Assembly (NCBI GenBank): GCA_000004695.1
Contig: CM000153.2
Span: forward strand, 704,001-768,000
Source of the DNA: Dictyostelium discoideum
Taxonomy: Eukaryota
Length of the DNA stretch: 64,000 bases
Direction of reading: 5' to 3'
The notes under the pieces were generated by a model. The model made no database searches and had not been told where the DNA came from. It saw only the letters and a list, made by a program, of their open reading frames with translations. Numbering within the stretch: position 1 is the first letter of the stretch; each line of letters begins with the position of its first letter. Made by a program: the position numbers and the translations under genes. This document shows, one piece after another, positions 1 through 13,057 of the stretch.

Positions 1-1884
1 CATCGTGAGGAGATGAAAAGGTTGCGTGAGGATCTATTGAATGCCTCATCAAGGAATGAGTATCTCTCTATAGAGTTGAATAACGAGCAAGCTTTGAAGT
101 CGGATTTATTGGAGAACCGAAAGAAGATACAAACCAATGTGAACCAATTGGAGAGGGATGTCGATAGTGAGAAGAGGGATTTAAGCCAAATCCAAAAGGC
201 AAAGGACAAACTATCAGCATCGGTCAAGAAGACCTTAATGGAACTAGAACAAGAGACAAAGACCTACAATTTACGTGACAAGACTAAAAAAGAGATTGAG
301 CGTGAGAAGGAGATACTTCGTCAAGAACGTGAGAAAGAGCAAATGGAGAAGCTTCGTGTAGAGAAAGAGAAAAGAATTGCACAGAATCAATTGGATGGGT
401 TGAAGGATGATCATGATAATGAGCGTGTTAAAGTTAGAGAATTGAAATTCACAATTGCAGATTTAGATAGAAAGATTGATGTCACTGAAACTGATATAAT
501 CGATGAAACTAAAAGAACCAATAAATTGATAGATTATTTCGAAGAGAAGGCAAAAATTCAACAAGATAAAGTAAAACAAAGAAACGATCAACGTGTAAAG
601 AAATTAGAGGATTTGAAAGGCGGATTCGCAAGACAGAATTCTCACAATTCCGAGCAGTTAAAGAAAGAGATGGAACGTATGTCTAGTTTAAATAAAGAAA
701 AGATTGAGCTATCTTCAAAAGATTCAGATTTACAACACCAATATCAACAAGAGAGAAAAGAAAAGAAGAATAGTGAAAAGTTGAAAAGAAATTTAGATGA
801 TCAATTAAATCAAGTGAAACATTTACTTAATCTTGAGAATAAGGGTAGAGTTGCAAGAGAGAATTCTAAAACCAAATTAGAGATTGAAACTAAACAAATG
901 AAATCCACACTCTCTGATGAACATCACAAGAGGGAACAAGCAAAAGAAAGAAATCAAACATTACAAAATGATACAGAATCGGTTGAAAAGAAATTACAAC
1001 AATCAAAACAACAATTTGATCAATTAAAAGAACAACGTGAACAATTGAAATTGGAAGCAATCTCATTGGATAGTGAAATCACCAATGTCGTAACAGAGAA
1101 AATCATAGCTCAATCTGAAGCGGATTCACGTATTCGTGAGAATATTGAAAAACTTGAAGAAAAGTATAAATCAGAGATTAAAGCTAGAGAAGAATCCAAA
1201 TTACAATTGGAAACTAAACAATTCTTGGCAAATCAAAAACTTCAAGATAGAATTGACCAACAGAAACAATTGGAACAACAAAGAATTGATCGTGATAAAG
1301 AGTTGAGATTATTGAATGAGAAATTGGAGCAATTGGAAACCGACTCTGAAATCTCTGATACTCCACTACAAAAACTTCGTGAAGAAATTAGATCTTTGAA
1401 AATTCAAGCTGAAAAAGATAAAGAAGAATGTGAAGATTCCCAAGAATTAGTACAACAGATGGAATCTGATATCAAAAGATTAGAATATGAAGTATTGGAT
1501 GAATCAAGTGAAGCCTCCTTACATCAAAGACAACTTGAAATACTTGAAAAGAAATTACGTGAGGCTGAAGATGAATTACACTCTCATAATTTACAATTAC
1601 AACAACAACAAATAGAATTTGAACAAAAAATTCAAAAAGAAAAAAGAAGACAAAAAAAAGAAGCTGCAAAACAAGAAAAAGAATTAAAAGATTCAATGAT
1701 TGAAGAACACCAAAGAAAATTAGATCTTTTAAATTTAAAATTTAATCGTTCAAAAGCAACAATTGATGATGAAAATAAAGAATCTGATAAAAAAGTTTTA
1801 GAAAAAAGAAAATTATTAATGAATTTAATGGAATTAAATAATAGTAATAATAATAGTAATAATAATTTAAATAATAAATAAATA
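1..1884 (+). CDS. 3' portion of a long coiled-coil protein (myosin/kinesin-tail-like heptad-rich region). The reading frame is already open at nt 1, so the 5' end lies upstream of the window.
   Basis: 622-aa ORF rich in E/K/R/L/Q with heptad character (ELEQETKTY..., LEKKLREAEDELHSHNLQLQQQQ). The frame is open from position 1. It ends in an Asn-rich tail with stop TAA at 1882-1884. Confidence 0.55.
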
Positions 1885-2024
1885 AATAAATAATTAATGT
1901 ATATCTTTTTTTTTTTTTTTAATTTAAATATATTTTATTTAATTATCACCCCCTCTCCTCCCCCCTGTTCATGTTTTTTAAAAATATTGAAAGTTGGCAT
2001 TTTCTTTTTTTTTTTTTTAATTAA

Positions 2025-3206
2025 TTAATTATTAATTGGTTCTTTCCAATGACAAAAATTACAAATTCTTTGAATTTTGTTGAAAGGTGGTAAATATAAA
2101 ATACCAGTACATTTAATTGATTGATTTTTACAAGTGTAATTTTCAATTGTTTTTTCAATTTCTAATGATAAATTTGATAATGGTGGTAGTGTACATCTTT
2201 TACATTTACATTCAAAATAATAAATTTCCTTTAAATGTAAAAGTCTATCATTTTTTGACATTCTAATATCAATATATGAAATTGATAATTCATCACCTTT
2301 TTTAATTGGAATTAAACTATAAATACTTATTGATTGATTTTCTTGTACTCTAACACAATTTGGAAAACAACTATGATTAAAATATGATATACTAATATTA
2401 TCATCTTTATCATTATTATTATTATAGATTGTTTGATTACCATACATACTTAGTCCAAAACATTCATCACTATTTTTCCAAAGTCCAAATGAATTTCTTT
2501 GAGATTTTGCATATAATTCTTCAATAATAACTTTATCAATATTAAAAAAGAAATTATTAAATAATTTTCTTAAATTAAATGATTTATTTTTTATATTCTT
2601 AATTTCATTTAATGATAATGTTTGATTATTATTATCATTATTAAAATCACCAATAAGTTGATTCATTTCAATTAATAATAATTTAAATTTATTATTATTA
2701 TTAGTTGAATATGCAATTTTTGATAAATAATTTATAATCATTCTATTTTCAGTTTGATCATGTAATGTATTTATTTTCGGAGATATGGTTTGGTCATGAT
2801 AATTTGATAAAATTAAACATTCTAATGGTGTATGAATATTTGTTGAGGTTGAATCTTGAAATGATTCTATTGACATTACTTTTTCAAAACATTCATCTGA
2901 ACAAAAATAAATTAATTTACAATTATTACATCTAATTATATAGTTTTTATTAATATCAACTTTAAATTTATTAAATTTTGCATTGTTGATTTCATGAGAA
3001 TTTGAAAAACAATTAAAACAAAATTGGTTAACTAAATGTTTATGAAAACTAAAACACATTGGTGATTGGACTTTTATAATTAATTCACCAAGTTTCATAT
3101 CAATTTTACTTTCAATAAATTTACCACTTTCTAATGTTTCATTAATTTCAATTTTTTTAAAATTAATTTCATTATCATTTTTATTATTATTATTATTATT
3201 TTCCAT
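2025..3206 (-). CDS. SET and MYND domain-containing protein (SMYD-like lysine methyltransferase).
   Basis: 393-aa ORF. It has a MYND-type Cys cluster (CFNCFSNSHE...CNNCKLIYFCSDECFEKV) and the SET C-terminal signature NHSCFPNC...GDELSISY followed by a post-SET FECKCKRC. Confidence 0.7.
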   Translation of the reverse strand: MENNNNNNKNDNEINFKKIEINETLESGKFIESKIDMKLGELIIKVQSPMCFSFHKHLVNQFCFNCFSNSHEINNAKFNKFKVDINKNYIIRCNNCKLIYFCSDECFEKVMSIESFQDSTSTNIHTPLECLILSNYHDQTISPKINTLHDQTENRMIINYLSKIAYSTNNNNKFKLLLIEMNQLIGDFNNDNNNQTLSLNEIKNIKNKSFNLRKLFNNFFFNIDKVIIEELYAKSQRNSFGLWKNSDECFGLSMYGNQTIYNNNNDKDDNISISYFNHSCFPNCVRVQENQSISIYSLIPIKKGDELSISYIDIRMSKNDRLLHLKEIYYFECKCKRCTLPPLSNLSLEIEKTIENYTCKNQSIKCTGILYLPPFNKIQRICNFCHWKEPINN

Positions 3207-3431
3207 AAACTATATTATTTAATACCAAATTTTTTTTTTTTTTTTTTTTAGATATTATGTTTTCATTGTGGAATTTATTTTTTTTTTTCTTTTTTTTTTT
3301 TTAATTTTTTTATTTTTATTTTCATTTTATCAAAAAACGACTTTTTTTTTTTTTTTTTTTTAATTTTTATTTTTAATTTTTATTTTAATCAAAAACGATT
3401 CTGTTTTTTTAAAAAAAAAAATAAATAAATA

Positions 3432-4214
3432 ATGTCAACATTTAAAATTTCTGATAATAAAGATGAAAAATGTCGTGTTGGTACAATAGAAATTGGTGAA
3501 AAGAGTTATTCAACTCCATCATTTTTGTTATATACTAAAGAAGGTAGTCCAATCAATTTGACAAAAGATCTTTTAAATCAATTACCACATGAAAAAACTC
3601 ATTCATTACAATTATTATTTTCAGATTTGTAATATATTAACACTTTTAAAAAAAAAAAAAAAAAAAAAGAAAAAGTTCTAATTTTTATTTATTATTTTAA
3701 AAAAAAAAAAAGATTTCAATTTACAGATGTTTTAGAAAAATTTGAAAAAGGTGTACATAAATTTTTAGCATTACAAGATCATTTATTATTTTTATTAATT
3801 AGAGATTCAAGTAGTTTTGTTGAAGCAGAATTTAATGATGATTCAATTTCAGTTACAACTAGAAAAGGTAAAACAAAAATAACAATTCAAGATTATGTAA
3901 AATTGGTTAAAATTATTAAACCAGATTTTGCAACATCTCTATCTGTTGATATTGCATGGGAAACTTCAAGAAAGAAAGCAACTAAAATTGTAAATTCTTC
4001 ATCAGTTTGGTTAGAGAAATTCTTGGATTCAAATACCACCACTGCTATCAATACATTTGGTGTTATTCAAGGTGGTAAATTTGATGATCTTAGAATGAAA
4101 TCACTTCAAGATTTATTAAAACATAAAGATAAATTATTTGGTACAATTTTAAGTGGTTTTGGTACTGGTGAAACAAATGATGAAAGAAATCAAATTATTA
4201 AAAAATTAATTGTA

Positions 4215-4295
<81 letters not shown>

Positions 4296-4851
4296 TTTAT
4301 TTTTATAAATATATTAATTAAAATTGATTATTATTTATTTATTTATTTAGGATGAATTACCAAAAGAACATGTAAAATTAATTAGTGGTGTTGGATCACC
4401 TGAAGAAATTTTAAATTTAGTTGAATTAGGTGTTGATTTATTTAGTACAAATTATCCAAATTTAATGACAGAATGGGGTAATGCTTTAACATTTAATTTT
4501 AAATTTGATGATAAATTAAAAGAAGAATCTGATGATAATGTTGAAAATAAAATTAATTTATGGGATAGTAAATATGTAATTGATGCAACACCAATCATTA
4601 AAGGTTGTGATTGTTTCACTTGTATTCAACATACTAAAGCATATATTCATCATTTATTAAATACTCATGAAATGTTGGCTGAAGTATTATTAACAATTCA
4701 TAATGTTTCTCATTATCTTGGTTTCTTTGAAGAAATTAGAAGAGTTATTAAAGATTCTAAATTTCCAGAATATAAAAAATTATTTTTAGAAAAAAGAATT
4801 CAAATAAATGATAATAGTAATAATAATAATAATAATAATAATATTAACAAC

Positions 4852-4918
<67 letters not shown>

Positions 4919-4938
4919 GTAATAATAATGAAAAGTAA
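3432..4938 (+). CDS. qtrt2: Queuine tRNA-ribosyltransferase accessory subunit (QTRT2/QTRTD1-like). Three exons: 3432-3628, 3713-4211, 4351-4938.
   Basis: Exon 1 (MSTFKISDNKDEKCRVGTIEIGEKSYSTPSFLLYTKEGSP) aligns to the human QTRT2 N-terminus (CRLGKIKNLGK...GCLLYTKTGSAP). Exon 2 contains VLEKFEKGVHKF and GVIQGG. Exon 3 contains LISGVGSPEEILNLVELGVDLFST and the Zn motif CDCFTCIQHTKAYIHHLLNTHEMLAEVLLTIHNVSHYLGFFEEIR, close to human [41 protein letters not shown]. The introns are gtaat..ag; intron 2 is essentially a pure (ATT)26 tract. Splice phases check out. Confidence 0.75.
4213..4290. repeat. (ATT)n microsatellite of about 26 units, forming intron 2 of the QTRT2-like gene.
   Basis: A perfect ATT tandem array, seen directly in the sequence. 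Confidence 0.9.
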
Positions 4939-5016
4939 TAATGAAAAATAATAATGAAAAATAAATTAATAAATTAATTTATCTGAATATTTTTTTTATT
5001 CAATTTTTTGATTTTT

Positions 5017-5069
<53 letters not shown>

Positions 5070-5168
5070 CATTTTTTTTTTTTTTTTTTCATTTTTTATT
5101 AATTAAATTAAACTTCACTTCAGCTATATATATATACACCCACACACAATATAAATAAATACACTCCA

Positions 5169-7416
5169 ATGAGTAGTGGTACCAACCCGTCATCAATAAA
5201 AAAATCAGAAACTAGAGTTAATAATAATAATAATCAATATTTGACGTCACCACTAACTAAAGATACTCCTACTAGGAAATTATCATCAAAAAAACAAGAG
5301 CAACAACAACAACAACCTGTAAATTTTATTTAAACAAAATAAATTATAGTGGAATAAAATTAAATAATAACTTTTTTTTATTTTTTTTATTTTTTTATTT
5401 TTTTTTTTTTATTATTTTTAATATTTTCATTAAAAAAAAGGATTCAACTGTACATATAACTAAAGTTTTATCAAAAACTTCAATTCAAACACAACCACAA
5501 CAACAACAATCACAACAGTCTCAACAACAACAACAGCAGCAACCACAACAACAACAACAACCACAACAACCACAACAACAGCAGCAACAACAACAGCAAC
5601 AACCATCAACAACCTCAACTTCAACAAACTCAACAGTAACCTCAACTTCAACAACATCACAGATTAGAGATAATAAATATTTATCAAAAACTCCAATTAA
5701 TAATGAACCAATTAAAATATTATCAAAACAATTAAAATTTCAAAACTATGAAACTGTATATAATATATTAAGTAGATCTAATACCCAATTCACTGTTATA
5801 GGTGTAATTGGTGGTCAATCTTGTGGTAAATCTACATTACTATCATCTTTAATTAAAAGATCACATGATAATAGTCAAACTCAACAACAGCAACAACAAA
5901 CGAATGATTCAACAACAACAACAACAACAACATCAAATACTACTTCAACTACTACAACACCATCATCATCATCATCAACAACAACAGTATCAAATAATAA
6001 TGCAAAATTATTTGAAATTCAAACTGATAATAACTTTGGATTAGGTAAACATCAAACAATTGGTATTGATTTATTTGTATCAGAAGAAGAGAGGATTATT
6101 TATTTAGATACTCAACCACTTCAAAGTTTATCAATTATTTGTGAAATGATTGAAGACAATTTTCATTTACCCAATCAATTCAACTCATATGAACAATATC
6201 ATCATATGCAATGTTTAAGATTAATAGTTTATCTTTTATCAATTTGTAATGTAGTATTGGTAGTTCAAGAGAATAAATCATTGGATATACCGTTTTGTAA
6301 ATTATTAAGATCAGCTTCTCTAATCTTAAAAAATAAAACACCCGATATTTCTAATCCATCTCAAACTGGTTTACCCTATAATTTTGAAAATGATATTTTA
6401 GAATCAACTGCTAGACAATGTAATGTATAATAAATAATAATAAATAATAATAAATAATAATAAATAATTATTATTTTTACAAAAGTACTCTTATTAATAA
6501 TTATTTTATATTAAATTAATCAATAGTATTTATTTTTAATAAATTAACAGAGATAGATACCAATGAAACTTGTTTTGATAAATCATTATCAGTTTTATTT
6601 TCAAATCCAAAGAATTTATATCAATCATTTATATCAAATTTATCAAATAATAATAATAATAATAATTCCACAAACAGCAGTAATAATTCGAATATGAGTG
6701 GTAGTGGTAGTGGTAGTGGTGATCAACAACAACAAAATACAATAGGTAGTAAATATCAATTAATGAATCATTTTGATAGTTTTTTCATACCAGACAGATA
6801 TTTACAAGAGATAGCAAATAATGCCACCACTGAAATATTAGGTGTTAATAGTTCAGATATTAATCCAAACACTATTAATGGTACAAAGAAAAGACAACAA
6901 CAACAAACCAATACAAAATTACAACCTACTTTTAATGAATCCATTGAATATCTTCATAAACATTTACTACTAATGAGATCAGTCTCCAAATTCACTCATG
7001 AAATCTCTGAAAGACAATGGCTTGAAAACGCTCAAAACCTTTGGAATTACCTTCAAGATTGTGATCTTTTATCATCTTATAACCATCAACTTTCAAAATC
7101 AAAATTTAGTATTAATAATACTCAACAAATTAATAAAAAAAGTAATCAACATCAACATCAACATCAACATCAACAACATCAACAACATCAACAACATCAA
7201 CAACATCACCAACATCAACATCAACAACATCAACATCAACATCAACAACATCAACATCAGAATCAAAATCAACATCAACAACATCAACATCAAAATCAAC
7301 ATCAACAACATCAACACCAACATCAAAATCAAAATCCAAATCCACATACACACCAACAATATCAACAACATCAAAATCCACATTCATACCAACAACAACA
7401 AAACCAATATAAATAA
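5169..7416 (+). CDS. smg9: SMG9 homolog (NMD factor with a degenerate P-loop NTPase fold). Three exons: 5169-5318, 5441-6424, 6553-7416. Long poly-Q/T/S linkers and a C-terminal (HQ)n tail.
   Basis: FTVIGVIGGQSCGKSTLLSSL, GIDLFVSEEERIIYLDTQPLQSLSII and LLSICNVVLVVQEN match the SMG9 core as I recall it (VVGVLGGQSSGKST, GIDFFITQERIVFLDTQPILSPSIL, CHVVIVVQDW). Donors are CCT|gtaaat and AAT|gtataa, acceptors aaaag| and acagag|. Phases are consistent. Stop is at 7414-7416. Confidence 0.6.
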
Positions 7417-7472
7417 AGATTATAGTTTTTTTTTTTATTTTTTTATTTTCTAAATTTTAAAGTTTTAAAGTT

Positions 7473-7809
7473 TTAAATTAATTTATTTCCATTTAGCTGT
7501 ACCACTTCCTGAGCCACTTCCTGAACCACCTGTTGATCCTGAACCACTTCCTGATCCGCTGTAACTTGAACCCTATTTATTATTTAAAAAAGATAACCAA
7601 AAAATGTGTTAGTTTTATGTGAAAAAAAAAAAAGATAAAATAAATAAAAATGTAATAATTACAGTATTGATTGAACTATCTGTTCCACTTGTACCACCAC
7701 TAGAGCTAGTAGTTGTTGTGGTTGAACTAGAGTGGAATAAATGAGGATCCTCAGCTGAACAAAGAACTGAAGCAATTAATGCAAAAATTAAGAAAATAAT
7801 TGATAATTT
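7473..7809 (-). CDS. Small secreted Ser/Thr/Gly-rich protein. Two exons: 7809-~7675 and ~7574-7473.
   Basis: The minus strand reads MNKKLSIIFLIFALIASVLCSAEDPHLFHSSSTTTTTSSSGGTSGTDSSINT (a signal peptide). A gtaatt intron follows, then an acceptor ataaatag|, then GSSYSGSGSGSGSTGGSGSGSGSGTAKWK*. Confidence 0.4.
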
Positions 7810-8042
7810 CTTATTCATTTTTATTTTTATTTTGTTTAGTATTATAAAATAAGAAAATGGTGATTGGGAAAAAAAAAAATAAAATAAAAAAAAAAATAAA
7901 AAAAAAAAAAGTGAAAATGACTGAGTTTTTTTTTGGAAATATCTCAAAAAAATATCTTGGGCCTAGCAATGGTTTGATTTTTTTTTACAACAAAATTTCT
8001 TTTTTTTTTTTCATTTTTTATTTTTTATTTTTTATTTTTATT

Positions 8043-9657
8043 TTATTTTTTATTATTTATCTTTTTATGATGATTTTGATTAATTTCAAATAAGAAAGGA
8101 TTTTCAGATAAAAAGTTCTCTTCATATAATTTACAATTTGAATAAGAGTTACCAGTTACATTTACAAAACCATAAGTATCACAACAAGTATTGTATTGTT
8201 CTTTGGCTTGTGGTAAATGAGAGGAAGGAGTGATTTCAGTTGAACCATCATCAAAACGAAGATAAGTTGAGATAGAGAATGGATTAGCTGTGATTTCTAA
8301 AACACGAGCACCATGTTTCCAACCAGTTGGGGGACCATAACCACCATAACCCGATTTTCTACCATAACCTAATTGAACACCATTGTATTCACCAATGAAA
8401 TCATTGTCGTGGTCATGACCACAATGCATTGAAATGATGTCACCCATCTCTTTGAAAGCTGCGAATAAACCAGTGTTTACAGAGAAACAGCAAACACCAG
8501 TATCGTATAAACTACCATTTACAGGATAAAAATTCCACATATCCATGTACTCTGGAATTGGGATGTGCATGAAAGCAATTGCAGGTACTACACGACCATA
8601 CTTTTCACGTAGTCCCATTGAGACTGTACGATACCATTCGATTTGGTCTGGGTAAACACAACCCCAGCCTTCGACACCTTGGCAATTATCATCACCACTA
8701 TCGAAAAAGTAAAGTATGGTTGCAACCTCTCCACTTGAAGGATCAGTAATTGGTAAATAGTAGTTGGTTGCACCTCTAATATCTGATGGACCTCTTTGAG
8801 TTAAACTTAAATTAAAAGTATTATCCAACTCTACGATTTGAACACGATCTAAATCAGCTTCATCATCATGATTACCCAATGTAAATGCCCAACGTATATT
8901 ATGTTTAATCATTGGTTCAACCAAATGAATCCATTTTTCAATGAACCAACCCTCTGTACCATTCCATGCATATCCACTAACTGAATCACCTGTCATTACA
9001 ACTAAATCACCATCTGGTTCTGCTGTTAATACTCCATTTTGAACTTGATTTGATAAATCATCTTTATAATCTGCTTCACCATAATGTAAATCTGTGAATT
9101 GAATTATTTTAAATTTACCATTTGAATTAAATTCTAAATCTCTAATAATTAAAATAATATTAAAAAAAAAAAAATAATAATAATAATAATATTAAAAAAA
9201 AAAAAATAAATAATAATAATAATATTAAAAAATAAAATAATAATTAATTATTTATTTATTTATTTATAATATATGTATTAAATTTTTATTTTTATTATTA
9301 TTTTTTTTTTTTTTTTTTTTTTTGTTTTTTAATTAAAAAATTTATTATAATTGAAAACAAGTTAATATCTGAATTTTATTTATTTTTATTTATATGTCTA
9401 TTTAATTATTAAATAAAAGTGTTATTTCTATTTATTATTATTGTTTTTTAATATTAATATTTTCACATTATAACAATCATCCAACAAATTATTTGTTTAT
9501 TTATAATAATGAGTTATGGTGATGATGATGATGTATTTATTTATTTATTTAAATTTATTTAAATTTATTTATTTAAATTTAAATTTATTTATTTATTTTT
9601 ATATTTATTTAATTTGTTTGATTGGTGGGATGTATTGCTGGTTTTTAAATTTTTTAA

Positions 9658-9696
<39 letters not shown>

Positions 9697-9824
9697 TATG
9701 CTTATTACTTTTGAATAGGTTGAGGGGTATTAGGTCCAAAGATTACTTTGGATAAAACACTTTCATAAAAGATTGTTAAAATTAAAATTATAAAAATAAC
9801 GGTATTGTTTTTTATCTTATTCAT
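8043..9824 (-). CDS. Calcineurin-like metallophosphoesterase (purple-acid-phosphatase/Dcr2-like), probably secreted. Exon 2 is 9141-8043; the proposed signal-peptide exon 1 is 9824-9709.
   Basis: Exon 2 carries the metallophosphatase motifs FKIIQFTDLHYGE, VVMTGDSV, GNHDDE, MHIP and GHDHDND. The ORF continues upstream of the annotated Met to an acceptor (attag|AGATTTAGAA) at 9141. The candidate exon 1 (MNKIKNNTVIFIILILTIFYESVLSKVIFGPNTPQPIQK) ends at donor AAAA|gtaataag and joins in phase 2. The intron would be about 570 bp of A/T-rich DNA, long for this genome, so exon 1 is less certain than exon 2. Confidence 0.65.
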
Positions 9825-10041
9825 CCTTTTCTTTTTTCAAAAAAAAAAAAATAAAAATAAAATAAAAATATATATATATATGCACAAAAATATAATACCA
9901 AATTGATTTGTTATTACAACAATTAAACTAACCTAATAAAAAAGAAAAAAAAAACAAAAACAAAACAAAATAGATTAACTGTTAATGTGTGAGAAAATAT
10001 ATAAACAAATGGTGAACATTTTTTTTTTTTTTTTTTTGGCC

Positions 10042-10084
<43 letters not shown>

Positions 10085-11202
10085 CATTCCGAGCTAACCG
10101 CAGTAGTATTTTAACATTTTTTTTTATTTTTAGTCATCAAAGCACAAATAAACAGATCACGTGAAATTTTTTTTTTTATTATTTTTTTTTTTTTTTTTTA
10201 TTATTTTTTTTTTTTTTTTTATTATTTTTTATTTTTTTTTTATTTTTTTTTATTTTTTTTTATTTTTTTTTGGCTTTAAAAAAATAACAATAATTACACA
10301 ATTACAAGCAACTTGTTAACAATCACCCACACACCCACACACATTTAATATCGAATGAAAACAATAACAACAACAAAAAAAAAAAAACAATTGTTGGTAA
10401 AAATAGCTCTATTTGTGCAAATCAACAAAAGTCTATTGTTTTGGATATCCAAAATTTATATGGTTTATTTTTTCTTTAAAAAATGAAAATAAAAATAAAA
10501 ATTTTTAATTGAGTAAAGACTTATACAGTAACCTTGTGTATAAATATAGATTACTATTTAAATGGATAATTAATATTAATTAACCTACTTACAAAGATAG
10601 ATTAAAAAAAATTTATTGTTATTATTTTTTACAGTTATTATAATAGTAATTTTTATTATTATTATTATTATTTTTGTCTTTTCTTTTTTTTTTTTTTTTT
10701 TTTTTTTTGGGTCTTTTTTTTTTTTTATTTTTTGGTCAAAAAAAAAAAAAAAAAATAATTCAATTGAAGTTTCAATAAACCATTAGTGAGAAACTTTTTA
10801 TATATATGGGTAAATAATAGAATATTAATAATATTTGAATTTAAAAAAGGACAAACCACACCACACATACACTATATATAGTTATTTTGGTGTGGTTTGT
10901 GTGTGTGTATGTATGTAATTTATGATGATAGGTACCTCTTTTGGAAATTTAATCTCTTTCAATCTATCCTTCCTACCCATCAAAGATACCAAGTAATTTT
11001 AAAATAATAAAAAAAAAAAAAAAAATAATCAAATAAAAAAAAATATTCCTGAGGATTATGATGTATTATTTATTAAAATAAAATATTTGTTTAATAAATT
11101 TTTTTTTTTTTTTTTTAATTATTTTTAATTTTATTTTTTAAAATAAAAAAAAAAAAAATAAATACAAATAATATTTTTAATATAAAAACAATCATTTCAT
11201 TT

Positions 11203-11235
<33 letters not shown>

Positions 11236-11264
11236 TTTTAATTTTTATTGGGGGGGGAAATTTT

Positions 11265-11303
<39 letters not shown>

Positions 11304-11528
11304 TGGGAAAAGTATGATTCTAAAAATAATAATAATAAAACCACACAAATAATACCACCAAATATAAATATACCTTATAATCCCACAAAACCACCTTTTG
11401 GATATTCAAAAAATGTAAAAAAAAAAAAAAAAATCCAAAGTATAATGATGATAATAATACAACATAATTAATTATTATTTTTTTATAATCATTTTTTTTT
11501 TATTTATGTATTTATTTAATTTTTTTTT

Positions 11529-11581
<53 letters not shown>

Positions 11582-11639
11582 TTTCTTTTTTTTTTTTTTT
11601 TTAAAAAAAAAATATATATTTATATATTTAAAATTGAAT

Positions 11640-12583
11640 TTAATTTTTTTCAAATTCAACAACATTTATTTGACTAATTCCTTTTTTCATTTGATACATT
11701 TTTTCATCGGCAGATTTAATAATTGAAGAAACTTTAGTTTCAGATTTTTTAAAGACAACACCACCATATGAAAAGAAAATTGGAAGAATGGTTGAACTTG
11801 ATTCACCGTCGACAGTGAAGCTACTTGAAGAGACGTTTTTAGTGAATTGTGAAATGAAATGATCAGCATGATCAACATTTTCAACACCTCTTTTAATGAT
11901 TAAAAATTCATCACCACTTAATCGAATTGGAAGAACATTGGAATCCTTTTGTGCTTTGAATTGATTGGAAACATGTTTTAAGACCAAGTCACCGACTTCA
12001 TGACCATAGGTATCATTGATTGATTTGAATTTATTTAAATCCATGAAATAGAGTGCACAAAGATCAGTTTCAGATTTGTTACAAAACTTTTGAATCTTTT
12101 CATCGAGACGATAACGATTTGGTAAACCAGTTAATGGGTCATGAGCCAAAATGTATTTCAATTTCTTTAATTCAGATACTTCTTCACTAATATCCAAAAC
12201 CAATCCTCTAAATACTGATTTATTACATTTTCCAGAGAAACGATATTTCTTGGTACCATCAATTGATTTCAATACGATTCCTTTGGAATTTTGAATATCT
12301 TGTTCATCATTATTACTATTATTATTTAATGCTAATACAAAATCATTTGGATCAATATTTAATGATTCACAAAATGATTGGATACTAAAATATTTATCAG
12401 ATGTTGTTTGTGTTTGTTCAATATTATTATTATTATTATTTGAATTATTATTATTATTATTATTAAATTCTTCGGTAGAATTATTATTATTATTATTTAC
12501 AATTTTAACACTTTTATTTAAAATATTATTATTATTTAAAATATTAATATTATTACTACTACTATTATTATTATTATTACTAC

Positions 12584-12614
<31 letters not shown>

Positions 12615-13001
12615 TATATTATTATTATTATTATTTTCATTATTATTTGTATTTGTATTTGTATTTGTATTTGTATTTGTATTTAAATATTGAGTTAAAT
12701 TATTTGATGAATTTGATTTTGTCAAAACTGGATTGATGGTATTTACAACTTTTTGAGCAAAATTAATTTCTAATACAATAAGAGTTGGTGTATAATTTAA
12801 AATTTGTTTGAAAGTGTTTGTTTCGGATAACATTTTTCTTTCTCTTTGAATAAAAGTATATATTAAAACAACTACAATTAAAAGGAATAACATATTATCT
12901 TTTGTAATATACAAATTACTATTATTATTCATTTGATTATATTGCATATAATTATTATTATAATTATAATTATTATTATTATTATTATTATTTATATAGT
13001 A

Positions 13002-13057
<56 letters not shown>

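Noticed and set aside
3903-4355. ORF-track entries 3903-4355 and 4465-4938, as two separate genes.
   Set aside because: They are internal pieces of exons 2 and 3 of the single QTRT2-like gene. The poly-Ile stretch at 4213-4290 is the (ATT)n intron read through.
5460-5660. 66-aa minus-strand ORF (poly-Val/Ala).
   Set aside because: It is the antisense reading of the (CAA/CAG)n poly-Q tract inside the + strand SMG9 exon 2, a low-complexity artefact.
7099-7387. Two overlapping minus-strand ORFs (poly-Leu/Met and poly-Asp/Val) and the + ORF 6998-7453.
   Set aside because: They are alternative-frame or antisense readings of the CAACAT (His-Gln) microsatellite in the SMG9 C-terminus.
11375-11395. 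DUSE-like motif ATCCCACAAAA upstream of nothing obvious.
   Set aside because: An isolated 8-mer in 64 kb is expected by chance. No structured or GC-rich candidate RNA lies 50-70 bp downstream.
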